Positions 34,578 through 45,363 are shown, counted from the first letter of the stretch. The stretch: DNA of 64,000 bases from Escherichia coli (GCF_050920415.1 NZ_CP169309.1); one strand, 5' to 3'. A program made the numbers and translations. The notes: a model not told the origin generated them from the letters alone.

Positions 34578-35315
34578 ATGCTATATATCTTTCGTCTTAT
34601 TATTACCGTGATTTACAGCATCTTAGTCTGTGTATTCGGCTCCATTTACTGCCTTTTCAGCCCGCGTAACCCGAAACATGTAGCCACCTTTGGGCATATG
34701 TTTGGTCGTCTTGCGCCGCTGTTCGGCCTGAAAGTTGAGTGTCGCAAACCTGCAGATGCTGAAAGCTACGGCAATGCTATTTATATTGCTAACCACCAGA
34801 ACAACTATGACATGGTGACAGCATCGAACATCGTGCAACCGCCGACGGTGACGGTAGGTAAAAAGAGTTTGCTGTGGATCCCCTTCTTTGGTCAGTTGTA
34901 CTGGCTAACCGGCAACTTATTGATCGACAGAAATAACCGCACTAAAGCTCACGGCACCATTGCAGAAGTAGTGAATCACTTCAAAAAACGCCGTATTTCC
35001 ATCTGGATGTTCCCGGAAGGTACCCGCAGCCGTGGTCGCGGCCTGCTGCCGTTCAAGACCGGAGCATTTCACGCGGCAATTGCGGCAGGCGTCCCGATTA
35101 TTCCCGTGTGCGTCTCTACAACTTCGAATAAGATTAATCTTAATCGGCTACACAACGGTCTGGTGATTGTCGAAATGCTGCCGCCAATTGACGTCAGTCA
35201 GTATGGCAAAGATCAGGTTCGCGAGTTGGCTGCCCATTGTCGTTCGATAATGGAACAAAAAATCGCTGAGCTCGATAAAGAAGTCGCAGAGCGCGAAGCC
35301 GCCGGAAAAGTTTAA
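34578..35315 (+). CDS. plsC: 1-acyl-sn-glycerol-3-phosphate acyltransferase
   Basis: 245-aa ORF; acyltransferase motifs NHQNNYD and FPEGTR. Confidence 0.9.
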   Translation: MLYIFRLIITVIYSILVCVFGSIYCLFSPRNPKHVATFGHMFGRLAPLFGLKVECRKPADAESYGNAIYIANHQNNYDMVTASNIVQPPTVTVGKKSLLWIPFFGQLYWLTGNLLIDRNNRTKAHGTIAEVVNHFKKRRISIWMFPEGTRSRGRGLLPFKTGAFHAAIAAGVPIIPVCVSTTSNKINLNRLHNGLVIVEMLPPIDVSQYGKDQVRELAAHCRSIMEQKIAELDKEVAEREAAGKV

Positions 35316-35389
35316 GTCGGCAATCTGTATTTTTGCGGGGAACACTTTCCTGCACGGTATTACTTTAGCCAGTTTTACATGGAGCAAAT

Positions 35390-36802
35390 ATGTCACTCAG
35401 TCGGCGTCAGTTCATTCAGGCATCGGGGATTGCACTTTGTGCAGGCGCTGTTCCCCTGAAGGCCAGCGCAGCCGGGCAACAGCAACCGCTACCCGTTCCG
35501 CCGCTGCTTGAATCTCGCCGTGGGCAACCGCTGTTTATGACTGTACAACGTGCGCACTGGTCATTTACGCCAGGGACACGCGCATCGGTCTGGGGAATCA
35601 ATGGTCGTTACCTGGGGCCGACTATCCGCGTCTGGAAGGGCGATGATGTTAAGCTGATCTACAGTAACCGCCTGACAGAAAATGTCTCAATGACGGTGTC
35701 TGGTTTACAGGTGCCTGGCCCGCTGATGGGCGGTCCGGCACGGATGATGTCGCCAAACGCTGACTGGGCACCCGTATTACCCATTCGCCAGAACGCAGCG
35801 ACATTGTGGTATCACGCTAATACCCCCAATCGCACGGCTCAGCAGGTCTATAATGGCCTTGCCGGAATGTGGCTGGTGGAAGATGAAGTCAGCAAGTCGC
35901 TGCCTATCCCAAACCATTATGGTGTGGATGATTTTCCGGTCATTATCCAGGATAAACGGCTGGATAACTTTGGTACGCCAGAATACAACGAACCGGGAAG
36001 CGGCGGCTTTGTTGGAGATACGCTGCTGGTCAACGGTGTACAAAGCCCGTACGTTGAAGTCTCGCGTGGCTGGGTGCGCTTGCGTCTGTTGAACGCGTCG
36101 AACTCTCGTCGCTATCAACTACAGATGAGCGATGGTCGCCCGTTACATGTGATTTCTGGCGATCAGGGATTCTTGCCTGCTCCTGTATCGGTGAAGCAAC
36201 TTTCGCTGGCACCGGGCGAGCGCCGCGAGATTCTGGTGGATATGAGCAACGGTGATGAAGTGTCGATCACCTGTGGTGAAGCGGCGAGCATTGTAGATCG
36301 TATTCGTGGCTTCTTTGAGCCATCCAGCATTCTGGTTTCTACGCTGGTGCTAACGCTGCGCCCGACCGGCCTTCTGCCGCTGGTCACAGACAGTCTTCCG
36401 ATGCGCTTGCTGCCAACTGAAATCATGGCCGGTTCGCCGATTCGCAGTCGCGATATCAGTCTGGGTGATGACCCAGGTATTAATGGACAACTGTGGGACG
36501 TCAACCGTATTGATGTCACCGCGCAGCAAGGAACGTGGGAACGCTGGACGGTACGCGCGGACGAGCCGCAAGCGTTCCATATTGAAGGCGTGATGTTCCA
36601 GATCCGTAACGTGAATGGCGCGATGCCATTCCCGGAAGACAGAGGCTGGAAAGATACCGTTTGGGTTGACGGACAAGTGGAGCTGCTTGTTTATTTCGGT
36701 CAGCCTTCCTGGGCGCACTTCCCGTTCTACTTCAACAGTCAGACGCTGGAAATGGCGGACCGTGGCTCGATAGGGCAACTGTTGGTCAATCCGGTACCGT
36801 AA
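35390..36802 (+). CDS. ftsP: Cell division protein FtsP (SufI), multicopper-oxidase-like Tat substrate
   Basis: 470-aa ORF; twin-arginine signal SRRQFIQASGIALCAGA. Confidence 0.9.
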   Translation: MSLSRRQFIQASGIALCAGAVPLKASAAGQQQPLPVPPLLESRRGQPLFMTVQRAHWSFTPGTRASVWGINGRYLGPTIRVWKGDDVKLIYSNRLTENVSMTVSGLQVPGPLMGGPARMMSPNADWAPVLPIRQNAATLWYHANTPNRTAQQVYNGLAGMWLVEDEVSKSLPIPNHYGVDDFPVIIQDKRLDNFGTPEYNEPGSGGFVGDTLLVNGVQSPYVEVSRGWVRLRLLNASNSRRYQLQMSDGRPLHVISGDQGFLPAPVSVKQLSLAPGERREILVDMSNGDEVSITCGEAASIVDRIRGFFEPSSILVSTLVLTLRPTGLLPLVTDSLPMRLLPTEIMAGSPIRSRDISLGDDPGINGQLWDVNRIDVTAQQGTWERWTVRADEPQAFHIEGVMFQIRNVNGAMPFPEDRGWKDTVWVDGQVELLVYFGQPSWAHFPFYFNSQTLEMADRGSIGQLLVNPVP

Positions 36803-36852
36803 TGGACCAATTCAATGCCCCACAGAGTGGTGGGGCGATACAAGGATGAATC

Positions 36853-38277
36853 ATGGATGGCATGGGATGGATGATTATTTTGGTACTTCCCTTTCTTTGG
36901 ATGGGCTATGGACTGGCGTTGTTAATCATAACGGGGTGCGCTTTTGAATCTAAGAGGATTCGTCGCATTCTGCTATGGGGTGTTGCGCCCCAGTTTATTA
37001 TTCTTTGTATTACGACCTTATTGCTTTATTGGATTAACTCTCGGTTAATTTATGTTTTTGTCTTTTTTCAGCCAGTTTTATGCATCACTACGGCAATTTT
37101 TTTGTTTGCTGGTAAAAAAACACAATATTCCAGATTGCTGTTTACTCTGTCTCATGTGATTTTTCTTGCTGGAGTTTTATATCAGGGGCATAGGGAAAAT
37201 CTGCAACACATAATTAATAGCGACTGGAAGGAATATAAAATAACGCGTTTATTTGAGCAAGTGCAGGACAATGGAGCGCATGCGCTGAATAACGATGTAA
37301 CTTGTTCAGAATTAATGCAACTACTCACCCTGGCAGCGGAACGTGATGACGTCAAAGAAGAGACGTTACGTACTCTTATTGCAAAGAGAGTATCGCCATT
37401 TCTGACAATGTCAGATAACTGTACGGGTGAGGATTCAGTAGAGATTTATTCTGTAGATACTACACCTTTTATGGCGGCTATTCAGAATCATAATATACAT
37501 TCTGTTCGTTTTTTTAGTCAATTGCTTATGGGAAACTCACCAAAAGCAAAAAATAATCGTGACATTGTGCGCCGGGCAAACCCTTTGATCGAAGTGTATA
37601 AATATAGTCATGGTTCAAAAAAACAACGTAACTCAGGGTTAGAAATAAGTAAGCAATTAATGGCTATTATGCCAGAACTATTAACAGATGCCGTCTGGCG
37701 TGCCGTGCTCAATGTATATGATGCCGATGCAGCACGATGGTTCTGGCGTAAGCAACCACCAGAAAATCGGTTGTATCGCTTAAAGGCTATGGCATTAATA
37801 CCACAAACAGATGCGCTGTTGGCAGAGATTCGACATACTCCAGAGGTACTGAATATCTCGTCTGAGGGGGACCTGAATGAAGAGGAGTTTCTCCATTTCT
37901 TAATTTATGGAGGAGATACCGCTGTAATACATGCACTGGTTGAAAAAGGAATAGTTAACTGGCAGCACCTTATGAACATTGAGGGGTTTGATAAGGACCC
38001 CTTAATATGGTCTATTTCAAAACTGGGAGAAAACGACAATGACCGGGAGGTTTTGGCATTAATTATTCATGATATTAATGCGCAAAACGCACTGCCGGAG
38101 GAACGCATTGCCAAATATTTAACGTGGACGGGAGCAATGGGCGAGATTTTTTTAAAGGCGGGCGTACATTGTGATAAGTTATATGCGGCAATTGAGTCCG
38201 ACAAAAAGCGAAATAATGGCATGTATAGTCAAAACGCCAGGGAAGAAGTGGATCGCGTATGTACGCCCACAAAATAG
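36853..38277 (+). CDS. Hypothetical polytopic membrane protein with C-terminal ankyrin-like repeats (accessory)
   Basis: 474-aa ORF; N-terminal ~110 aa with 3-4 hydrophobic helices; downstream motifs resembling ankyrin repeats (TPFMAAIQNHNIHSVRFFSQLL; DKDPLIWSISKLGENDNDREVLALIIHDINAQN); visibly AT-rich. Confidence 0.6.
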   Translation: MDGMGWMIILVLPFLWMGYGLALLIITGCAFESKRIRRILLWGVAPQFIILCITTLLLYWINSRLIYVFVFFQPVLCITTAIFLFAGKKTQYSRLLFTLSHVIFLAGVLYQGHRENLQHIINSDWKEYKITRLFEQVQDNGAHALNNDVTCSELMQLLTLAAERDDVKEETLRTLIAKRVSPFLTMSDNCTGEDSVEIYSVDTTPFMAAIQNHNIHSVRFFSQLLMGNSPKAKNNRDIVRRANPLIEVYKYSHGSKKQRNSGLEISKQLMAIMPELLTDAVWRAVLNVYDADAARWFWRKQPPENRLYRLKAMALIPQTDALLAEIRHTPEVLNISSEGDLNEEEFLHFLIYGGDTAVIHALVEKGIVNWQHLMNIEGFDKDPLIWSISKLGENDNDREVLALIIHDINAQNALPEERIAKYLTWTGAMGEIFLKAGVHCDKLYAAIESDKKRNNGMYSQNAREEVDRVCTPTK

Positions 38278-38295
38278 GAGCAGTTTGGGGCGGTT

Positions 38296-39213
38296 AAGGG
38301 ATAAAAAATAAATGCCTTTCGCTATCTGTCAGGGCGAATCTCACCATTTGCTATACCTTCCATTGGCGATGAACAGTATTCTACACGCACTTTTTTTACG
38401 ATTGCGTTGAAGCATTACAACGCCCGCGCCATCCGCGCGTTTAGCCGCTTTCTGCAAGGAAATTCCTCAAAAGCGTAGGAATATCGCGCGATTGTTCATC
38501 AAAAAAATCCACTGCAGCAGATGTACCGGGGAATAAGTTTGCCAATTCGTTTTAGTGAAGAAGAGATCGCCCGCCACATTGTTGCCGCTCGCGAGATAAG
38601 CCTCACCTTGCTGCCCCTGATGCCAGAATTATTAAACGAAGAGGCGTATGAAAATGTCATTGATGCTAATGACAGCGCAACGCTGAAGGCTTTTTGGCAG
38701 ATCCAGCTGCCGCCCACGCCGGTTTTACGCCTGGAAACGATGTCGGTAATTCCCATGACAGCGGCACTGGTTCAACAGGTGAGGGAGTCACCAAAGCGGC
38801 TTGAACTGGAAGATAAAAGTGGCAGGACAGTACTAACTTACATCGTGCGCTTTGGGAATATTGCCGCAGTACAGGCACTGATTGACGCTAATCTGATCGA
38901 CTGGCAACGGCTCCGCCAATCGACAGGAAGGTCAACACCATTATTACTGGCGATCTGGCGACAAAAATACGACGATGATTATGTAATCTTCCCATTGATT
39001 TTAAAGGACATGCTGGCAAAAAATGCGCCACCCTCAGCAGAGGAAATAATGAACTGCATTAAGGATGGTATGACCGCAGATGATTTTTTATCTGCCGGAA
39101 TGAGCAACACGCAATTCTGTTCTGCGATTGAACAAAGCCTCCAGGCGAAAACGTCAGTATTACCGGCGAATCGATTACGCCATCTGCAATCCTCGCGGTG
39201 TGCAAAGCTGTAA
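38296..39213 (+). pseudogene. 5'-truncated, amber-interrupted paralogue of the upstream ankyrin-like gene
   Basis: Track ORF 38521..39213 (230 aa) aligns to the C-terminal half of the 474-aa protein; the same frame upstream reads ...TRTFFTIALKHYNARAIRAFSRFLQGNSSKA-TAG(38476..38478)-EYRAIVHQKNPLQQ-M..., matching TPFMAAIQNHNIHSVRFFSQLLMGNSPKAKNNRDIVRRANPL of the full-length gene. Confidence 0.5.
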
Positions 39214-39328
39214 CCAACCGGAAGTTAAGTCATCCGCTGAAAACATCGCATTAACTTTTCGATTTCTCTTTCGTTCCGGCTTATAATCCCCGGCCTTTGA
39301 TTATTTTTTTATCATTTCTGGAAGCAAA

Positions 39329-41548
39329 ATGAGCTCTATCTCCCTGATCCAACCGGATCGCGACCTGTTCTCCTGGCCGCAGTACTGGGCCGCCTGTTTT
39401 GGACCGGCACCGTTTTTGCCGATGTCTCGTGAAGAGATGGATCAACTTGGCTGGGATAGCTGCGACATCATTTTGGTTACTGGCGACGCGTATGTCGATC
39501 ACCCAAGCTTCGGGATGGCGATTTGCGGTCGTATGCTGGAAGCGCAGGGCTTCCGTGTCGGGATCATCGCCCAGCCAGACTGGAGCAGCAAAGACGACTT
39601 TATGCGTCTGGGTAAACCGAATCTGTTTTTCGGTGTTACTGCTGGCAACATGGACTCGATGATCAACCGCTATACTGCCGATCGCCGTTTACGTCATGAC
39701 GATGCCTACACGCCGGATAACGTTGCGGGTAAGCGCCCGGATCGCGCCACACTGGTTTACACCCAACGTTGTAAAGAGGCGTGGAAAGATGTGCCGGTGA
39801 TCCTCGGCGGTATTGAGGCTAGTTTGCGTCGTACCGCGCATTATGATTACTGGTCTGATACCGTGCGCCGTTCCGTGCTGGTGGATTCCAAAGCCGACAT
39901 GCTGATGTTCGGTAACGGTGAGCGTCCGCTGGTGGAAGTGGCGCATCGTCTGGCGATGGGTGAGCCGATTAGTGAAATCCGCGATGTGCGTAATACTGCG
40001 ATTATCGTAAAAGAGGCGTTGCCAGGCTGGAGCGGCGTGGATTCCACCCGTCTCGATACCCCAGGGAAAATCGACCCGATCCCGCATCCGTATGGCGAAG
40101 ATCTGCCGTGCGCGGATAACAAACCTGTTGCGCCGAAAAAGCAGGAAGCGAAAGCCGTAACCGTGCAGCCGCCGCGCCCGAAACCGTGGGAAAAAACCTA
40201 CGTATTGCTGCCTTCTTTCGAGAAAGTGAAGGGCGATAAAGTGCTGTACGCCCATGCTTCGCGCATTCTGCACCACGAAACCAACCCTGGCTGCGCCCGC
40301 GCATTGATGCAAAAACACGGCGACCGCTATGTGTGGATCAACCCGCCTGCTATCCCGCTTTCTACCGAAGAGATGGACAGCGTCTTTGCGCTGCCGTACA
40401 AGCGCGTGCCGCATCCGGCTTACGGTAATGCCCGAATTCCGGCTTACGAAATGATCCGTTTCTCGGTCAACATTATGCGTGGCTGCTTTGGCGGCTGCTC
40501 TTTCTGCTCTATTACCGAGCATGAAGGTCGCATTATTCAGAGCCGTTCGGAAGATTCGATCATCAACGAGATTGAAGCGATCCGCGACACCGTGCCAGGC
40601 TTTACGGGCGTGATTTCCGATCTCGGTGGGCCAACTGCCAACATGTATATGTTGCGCTGCAAATCGCCGCGCGCCGAGCAGACTTGCCGCCGTTTATCGT
40701 GCGTTTACCCGGATATTTGTCCTCATATGGACACTAACCACGAACCGACGATCAACCTCTATCGCCGCGCGCGTGATCTGAAAGGCATTAAAAAGATCCT
40801 CATCGCTTCCGGCGTGCGTTATGATATCGCCGTGGAAGATCCGCGCTATATCAAAGAGCTGGCGACCCATCACGTTGGCGGTTATCTGAAGATTGCCCCG
40901 GAACATACCGAAGAAGGGCCGTTATCGAAGATGATGAAGCCGGGCATGGGCAGCTATGACCGCTTTAAAGAGCTGTTCGATACTTACTCGAAACAGGCAG
41001 GTAAAGAGCAATATCTGATCCCGTATTTCATCTCCGCACACCCGGGTACGCGTGATGAAGATATGGTGAATCTGGCGCTGTGGCTGAAAAAGCATCGCTT
41101 CCGTCTCGACCAGGTACAGAACTTCTACCCGTCGCCGTTGGCTAACTCCACCACCATGTATTACACCGGGAAAAACCCGCTGGCGAAGATTGGTTACAAG
41201 AGTGAAGACGTCTTCGTACCGAAGGGCGACAAACAGCGTCGTTTGCATAAAGCGTTGTTGCGTTACCACGATCCGGCAAACTGGCCGTTAATCCGTCAGG
41301 CGCTGGAAGCGATGGGTAAAAAGCATCTGATTGGCAGCCGTCGTGATTGCTTAGTGCCTGCGCCAACCATTGAAGAGATGCGCGAAGCCCGCCGTCAGAA
41401 CCGCAATACCCGTCCGGCGTTGACTAAACATACGCCGATGGCGACCCAGCGTCAGACACCTGCTACGGCAAAAAAAGCGTCGTCTACGCCATCTCGCCCG
41501 GTGAATGCTGGCGCGAAGAAACGCCCTAAAGCGGTGGCAGGTCGTTAA
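39329..41548 (+). CDS. ygiQ: Radical SAM protein YgiQ (UPF0313)
   Basis: 739-aa ORF; CxxxCxxC-type radical SAM cluster region ([10 protein letters not shown]). Confidence 0.9.
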   Translation: MSSISLIQPDRDLFSWPQYWAACFGPAPFLPMSREEMDQLGWDSCDIILVTGDAYVDHPSFGMAICGRMLEAQGFRVGIIAQPDWSSKDDFMRLGKPNLFFGVTAGNMDSMINRYTADRRLRHDDAYTPDNVAGKRPDRATLVYTQRCKEAWKDVPVILGGIEASLRRTAHYDYWSDTVRRSVLVDSKADMLMFGNGERPLVEVAHRLAMGEPISEIRDVRNTAIIVKEALPGWSGVDSTRLDTPGKIDPIPHPYGEDLPCADNKPVAPKKQEAKAVTVQPPRPKPWEKTYVLLPSFEKVKGDKVLYAHASRILHHETNPGCARALMQKHGDRYVWINPPAIPLSTEEMDSVFALPYKRVPHPAYGNARIPAYEMIRFSVNIMRGCFGGCSFCSITEHEGRIIQSRSEDSIINEIEAIRDTVPGFTGVISDLGGPTANMYMLRCKSPRAEQTCRRLSCVYPDICPHMDTNHEPTINLYRRARDLKGIKKILIASGVRYDIAVEDPRYIKELATHHVGGYLKIAPEHTEEGPLSKMMKPGMGSYDRFKELFDTYSKQAGKEQYLIPYFISAHPGTRDEDMVNLALWLKKHRFRLDQVQNFYPSPLANSTTMYYTGKNPLAKIGYKSEDVFVPKGDKQRRLHKALLRYHDPANWPLIRQALEAMGKKHLIGSRRDCLVPAPTIEEMREARRQNRNTRPALTKHTPMATQRQTPATAKKASSTPSRPVNAGAKKRPKAVAGR

Positions 41549-41586
41549 GTGAAATGTGCCCGGCAGCAATGATGCTGCCGGGAAAT

Positions 41587-41817
41587 TTATAACCTTGGTT
41601 TATAAGGACTGTTACGAACGTCTAAGCGGTAATGCGCTCTTGCTGTTTCGTCTTTAACTTGCTGAATTTCCGGACGCAGGGCGTCAATATCCTGTTGCAG
41701 TTGATTAATTTTGTTATTCAATGCCTGAATATCATGTTCCAGGTGTTCAATTTTGGCATTGCTGGTACAGCCAGCAAGACACAGCGCCAGCGGAATGGAT
41801 AAGATAAGTTTGTTCAT
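41587..41817 (-). CDS. Lpp-like small lipoprotein (Braun lipoprotein paralogue)
   Basis: About 76 aa from MNKLILSIPLALCLAGC (lipobox LAGC); mature part CTSNAKIEHLEHDIQALNNKINQLQQDIDALRPEIQQVKDETARAHYRLD resembles Lpp heptad repeats. Confidence 0.6.
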   Translation of the reverse strand: MNKLILSIPLALCLAGCTSNAKIEHLEHDIQALNNKINQLQQDIDALRPEIQQVKDETARAHYRLDVRNSPYKPRL

Positions 41818-41834
41818 TATGAATTCCAGAACCG

Positions 41835-42092
41835 TCATTCCGCATACATACGTAAGCAGCGCAGGCAATCGAAATAGTCCTGGGCGTCAAGGCGCGTATT
41901 GGCTCTGTTAGCGTCGGATTTGGCAGCATAGATTTGCGGGCGTAATGCTTTCATATCCTGCTCAAGTCGGGCAATTTTGGCATTTAACGTCTGTACGTTG
42001 CTCGCCAGCTGATTGACCTTTTGCTCATTGACGCAGCCGCTGAGCAAGCAGGTTGCCAGAACAACAGCCCCCACGGTGAAAATCGTTTTCAT
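41835..42092 (-). CDS. yqhH: Lpp-like outer membrane lipoprotein
   Basis: 85-aa ORF, lipobox LSGC, Lpp-like heptad region [32 protein letters not shown]. Confidence 0.75.
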   Translation of the reverse strand: MKTIFTVGAVVLATCLLSGCVNEQKVNQLASNVQTLNAKIARLEQDMKALRPQIYAAKSDANRANTRLDAQDYFDCLRCLRMYAE

Positions 42093-42141
42093 ATAGTATT
42101 CCCTTTTATTTATTGTTCCGACTAATTGTTATTTAATTCAG

Positions 42142-43068
42142 CTATTGCTTTAATCTGGCGGCGGTTTTTGCCTCAATTTGCTTAAGTAGGCTGCCGCTGT
42201 TCGGGCGGATAAAATCAGCGATTTCCCACTTACCTTCGCGCCGCTGTAAAACCAGTTCTTGCTCTTCGTTGTTGCCATTGGTCAGCGTAAAACGAACATG
42301 AATGCGGGCGGAATCGGTGGTTTTCTCCAGGACACGGATTTCATCAACGCGTGAAAATAGCGACTCTTCGCCAAAACAGATCGGATTGTCGTAAATAAAT
42401 TGCCGTTCTATTTGCATATCTTCATCGGGATTGTTGGCAGTCTTGAAGGTGGTTTTATAGAAGGCATTGACCGCCTGGCGGTAAGAGTCGGAAACCACCC
42501 ACGTCCACGGCCAGCTATAATCAGCAATATGTTCAAAGAGTTCGGCAACAAAGGCTTCCGGCTGTTCTTTTTGCAACGAAGCTATAGCTACCAGCGTTTT
42601 TTCATTCTCGCTATTAACTGCTTGTAAGACGCTGCCATGATTGCTGACAATATCGTCAATGACCCAACGACCATTTTCCGCCACCATTTTCAGTGTCTGC
42701 GTGGTCTTTTCTTTATCGTCTTTAAAGATACGAAAGCGCACAACGGCATCGGCATGATCGGCGTCAGGTTGGGTTATCGCTACGCTTTCTAACACCAGAT
42801 CGCCAAAATCCTGACAATCACAAACTGGATCATAATCCAGCCAGCCAATATTGCCCGGCAGCGTAAGATTGTCGTTCAGGGTAAGCGCCTGTTGAATACG
42901 CGCAGAAGTTATCGCTCGCTCTCCGGTTTCACCAAAATAAGGCGTACTGGCATCTGATTTATAGTTCTGATAAATCTGCCGGACTGTTTGTTCTACGGTC
43001 TGTGAAGGAGGCTGCGCGTGTACGGTAAAACTTGCCAGGGCTGCTAAAAACAGAAGTATTATTTTCAT
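42142..43068 (-). CDS. yqhG: DUF3828 periplasmic protein
   Basis: 308-aa ORF with signal peptide. Confidence 0.8.
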   Translation of the reverse strand: MKIILLFLAALASFTVHAQPPSQTVEQTVRQIYQNYKSDASTPYFGETGERAITSARIQQALTLNDNLTLPGNIGWLDYDPVCDCQDFGDLVLESVAITQPDADHADAVVRFRIFKDDKEKTTQTLKMVAENGRWVIDDIVSNHGSVLQAVNSENEKTLVAIASLQKEQPEAFVAELFEHIADYSWPWTWVVSDSYRQAVNAFYKTTFKTANNPDEDMQIERQFIYDNPICFGEESLFSRVDEIRVLEKTTDSARIHVRFTLTNGNNEEQELVLQRREGKWEIADFIRPNSGSLLKQIEAKTAARLKQ

Positions 43069-43267
43069 CTGTTTTTCACCTCTCCGTTGCGTTCATCCCG
43101 GATGTAAATGAGTTGTTCCTTTAAGAGCTTCCGGCTCTGCATGATGATGCCCTTATATTTGGCGTTCCTGAACAAGGAAGAGTAACAATGGGCGTGACGC
43201 GAGGGGAATAAATGATTTCTGAAAAGTCCGGTAGCGGAACATTACCGCCACCGGAAGAATTTGCGCG

Positions 43268-44095
43268 TTAGCCGCCGAACTGGTCGGGATCGGGGCCGAG
43301 GCGTTTGCCCTGGTCGAGTTTGGCAATTTCACCTAGCTCGTCTTTGTCGAGACGGAAATCCCAGACATCAAAGTTTTCGGCAATACGTGAAGGTGTGACC
43401 GATTTCGGGATCACCACCAGGCCGTTATCCAGATGCCAGCGGATAACAATCTGCGCCGGGGTTTTGCCGTATTTATCTGCCAGATCGCGAATGACTTTCT
43501 GATCGAAAACGCCTTTCCCTCCTTGCGCTAATGGGCTCCAGGATTCGGTCTGGATTTTGTGTGTCGCGTTCCAGGCGTGAAGCTGGCGTTGCTGCATCAG
43601 CGGGTGGAGTTCAATCTGGTTTATCACCGGCGTCACGCCAGTTTCATCAATCAGGCGTTGCAGGTGGTGGATCTGGAAGTTGCACACGCCGATGCTTTTG
43701 ATTAAGCCCTCTTTTTGCAATTCGATCATGCCCTTCCATGCTTCGACATAATGGTCGATAGCAGGAACGGGCCAGTGCATTAAGTAAAGGTCGACATAAT
43801 CAAGCTGGAGTTTTTTCAGGCTGTCGAGCAGGGCTTCGCGGGGGCGCTTGTGGTCGTCGTTCCACAGTTTAGTGGTGATGAACAGTTCTTCTCTGTTAAC
43901 TGAGGCATTTTTCAGGGCTTTGCCGACACCTTCTTCGTTCTTATAGGCCGCGGCGGTATCAATCGAGCGATAACCCACGTCTAACGCTTTTTGAATGGCA
44001 GTGATTACTTCCTCATTACTTGCTTGCCAGACGCCCAGTCCCAGCTGGGGCATGACATTGCCATCCTGTAGCTTAATAACGGTTGGATTAGCCAT
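43268..44095 (-). CDS. dkgA: Aldo-keto reductase (2,5-diketo-D-gluconate / methylglyoxal reductase)
   Basis: 275-aa ORF, AKR family sequence recognised. Confidence 0.9.
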   Translation of the reverse strand: MANPTVIKLQDGNVMPQLGLGVWQASNEEVITAIQKALDVGYRSIDTAAAYKNEEGVGKALKNASVNREELFITTKLWNDDHKRPREALLDSLKKLQLDYVDLYLMHWPVPAIDHYVEAWKGMIELQKEGLIKSIGVCNFQIHHLQRLIDETGVTPVINQIELHPLMQQRQLHAWNATHKIQTESWSPLAQGGKGVFDQKVIRDLADKYGKTPAQIVIRWHLDNGLVVIPKSVTPSRIAENFDVWDFRLDKDELGEIAKLDQGKRLGPDPDQFGG

Positions 44096-44199
44096 ACGTT
44101 CCTCCTTTATATGAACTCACCGGAGCTGGCTCCGGTGAGGTGTTGTGAACTTAAGTCTGGACGAAATGCCCGAAAACGAAAGTTTGAGGCGTAAAAAGC

Positions 44200-45363
44200 T
44201 TAGCGGGCGGCTTCGTATATGCGGCGGCTGACATCCAGCGTAATGTCATGATTTTCACCCAGTTGGGTCATACCGTGCTCTTCCAGTTTTTTCAACAAAG
44301 CCGGGATGGAGCTGCCGTCCAGACCGTAGTCGGAGAGGTGGGTCGGCACGCCTAATTGCTCAAAGAAATTGCGGGTTGCGGCAATCGCGGCGTCAATACG
44401 CTCATCGTCAGAACCTTCTGTGATGTTCCAGACGCGTTCAGCATATTGCAGCAGTTTAGCGCGTTTAGTGTCGCGTTTCTCATTCCACAGTGCAGGCAGG
44501 ACGATAGCCAGCGTTTGCGCGTGATCCAGACCGTGCATCGCAGTCAGTTCGTGGCCCAGCATATGCGTTGCCCAATCCTGGGGTACACCTGCGCCAATTA
44601 AACCGTTCAGCGCCTGAGTCGCCGCCCACATAACGTTGGCGCGTACATCGTAGTTTTCTGGCTCTTTCAGGGCTTTCGGACCATCTTCGATCAGCGTCAG
44701 CAAAATGCCTTCTGCGAAACGGTCCTGAATTTTGGCATCAACCGGTTTGGTAACATACTGTTCCACGGTGTGCACAAAGGCATCCACTACACCGTTAGCC
44801 ACCTGACGCGGCGGCAGAGTGTAGGTATAAACCGGATCGAGCACGGCAAATACCGGCTGAACATGGGCAGAATGGAACGCCTGCTTGTCGCCTGTAGTTT
44901 TACGGGAGATGACCGCACCTGCGTTGGATTCTGAACCGGTTGCTGGCAGCGTCAGCACACAGCCCATCGGGATGGCGCTTTTAATCTCTTTACCGCCCGT
45001 TTGTAGAATGTGCCACGGATCGATATTTTCCGGATAATTAGCCGCTGCGGCGATAAATTTGGTGCCGTCCAGTACAGAACCGCCGCCAACCGCCAGCAGG
45101 AAAGTCACTTTTTGTTCGCGAACCAGTTTCACGGCATTCATCAGCGTTTCATAAGCCGGGTTTGGCTCAATACCGCCAAATTCCAGCACGTCCATGCCTT
45201 TCAGGGCATCCAGAACTTGATCGAGAACGCCGGTTTTTTTCACGCTGCCGCCGCCGTAGGTAATCAATACGCGAGCATCGTGAGGAATTTGTTCGCGTAA
45301 ACCAGCGATTGCGCCTTTACCAAAAAGAATGCGGGTTGGGGTGTGCAGATTAAAGTTGTTCAT
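44200..45363 (-). CDS. yqhD: NADPH-dependent aldehyde reductase (iron-containing alcohol dehydrogenase family)
   Basis: 387 aa from [15 protein letters not shown] (track ORF has an 8-codon extension). Confidence 0.9.
   Translation of the reverse strand: MNNFNLHTPTRILFGKGAIAGLREQIPHDARVLITYGGGSVKKTGVLDQVLDALKGMDVLEFGGIEPNPAYETLMNAVKLVREQKVTFLLAVGGGSVLDGTKFIAAAANYPENIDPWHILQTGGKEIKSAIPMGCVLTLPATGSESNAGAVISRKTTGDKQAFHSAHVQPVFAVLDPVYTYTLPPRQVANGVVDAFVHTVEQYVTKPVDAKIQDRFAEGILLTLIEDGPKALKEPENYDVRANVMWAATQALNGLIGAGVPQDWATHMLGHELTAMHGLDHAQTLAIVLPALWNEKRDTKRAKLLQYAERVWNITEGSDDERIDAAIAATRNFFEQLGVPTHLSDYGLDGSSIPALLKKLEEHGMTQLGENHDITLDVSRRIYEAAR

Noticed and set aside
39689-40522. 277-aa minus-strand ORF inside ygiQ
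   Set aside because: Antisense shadow ORF within a conserved radical SAM gene
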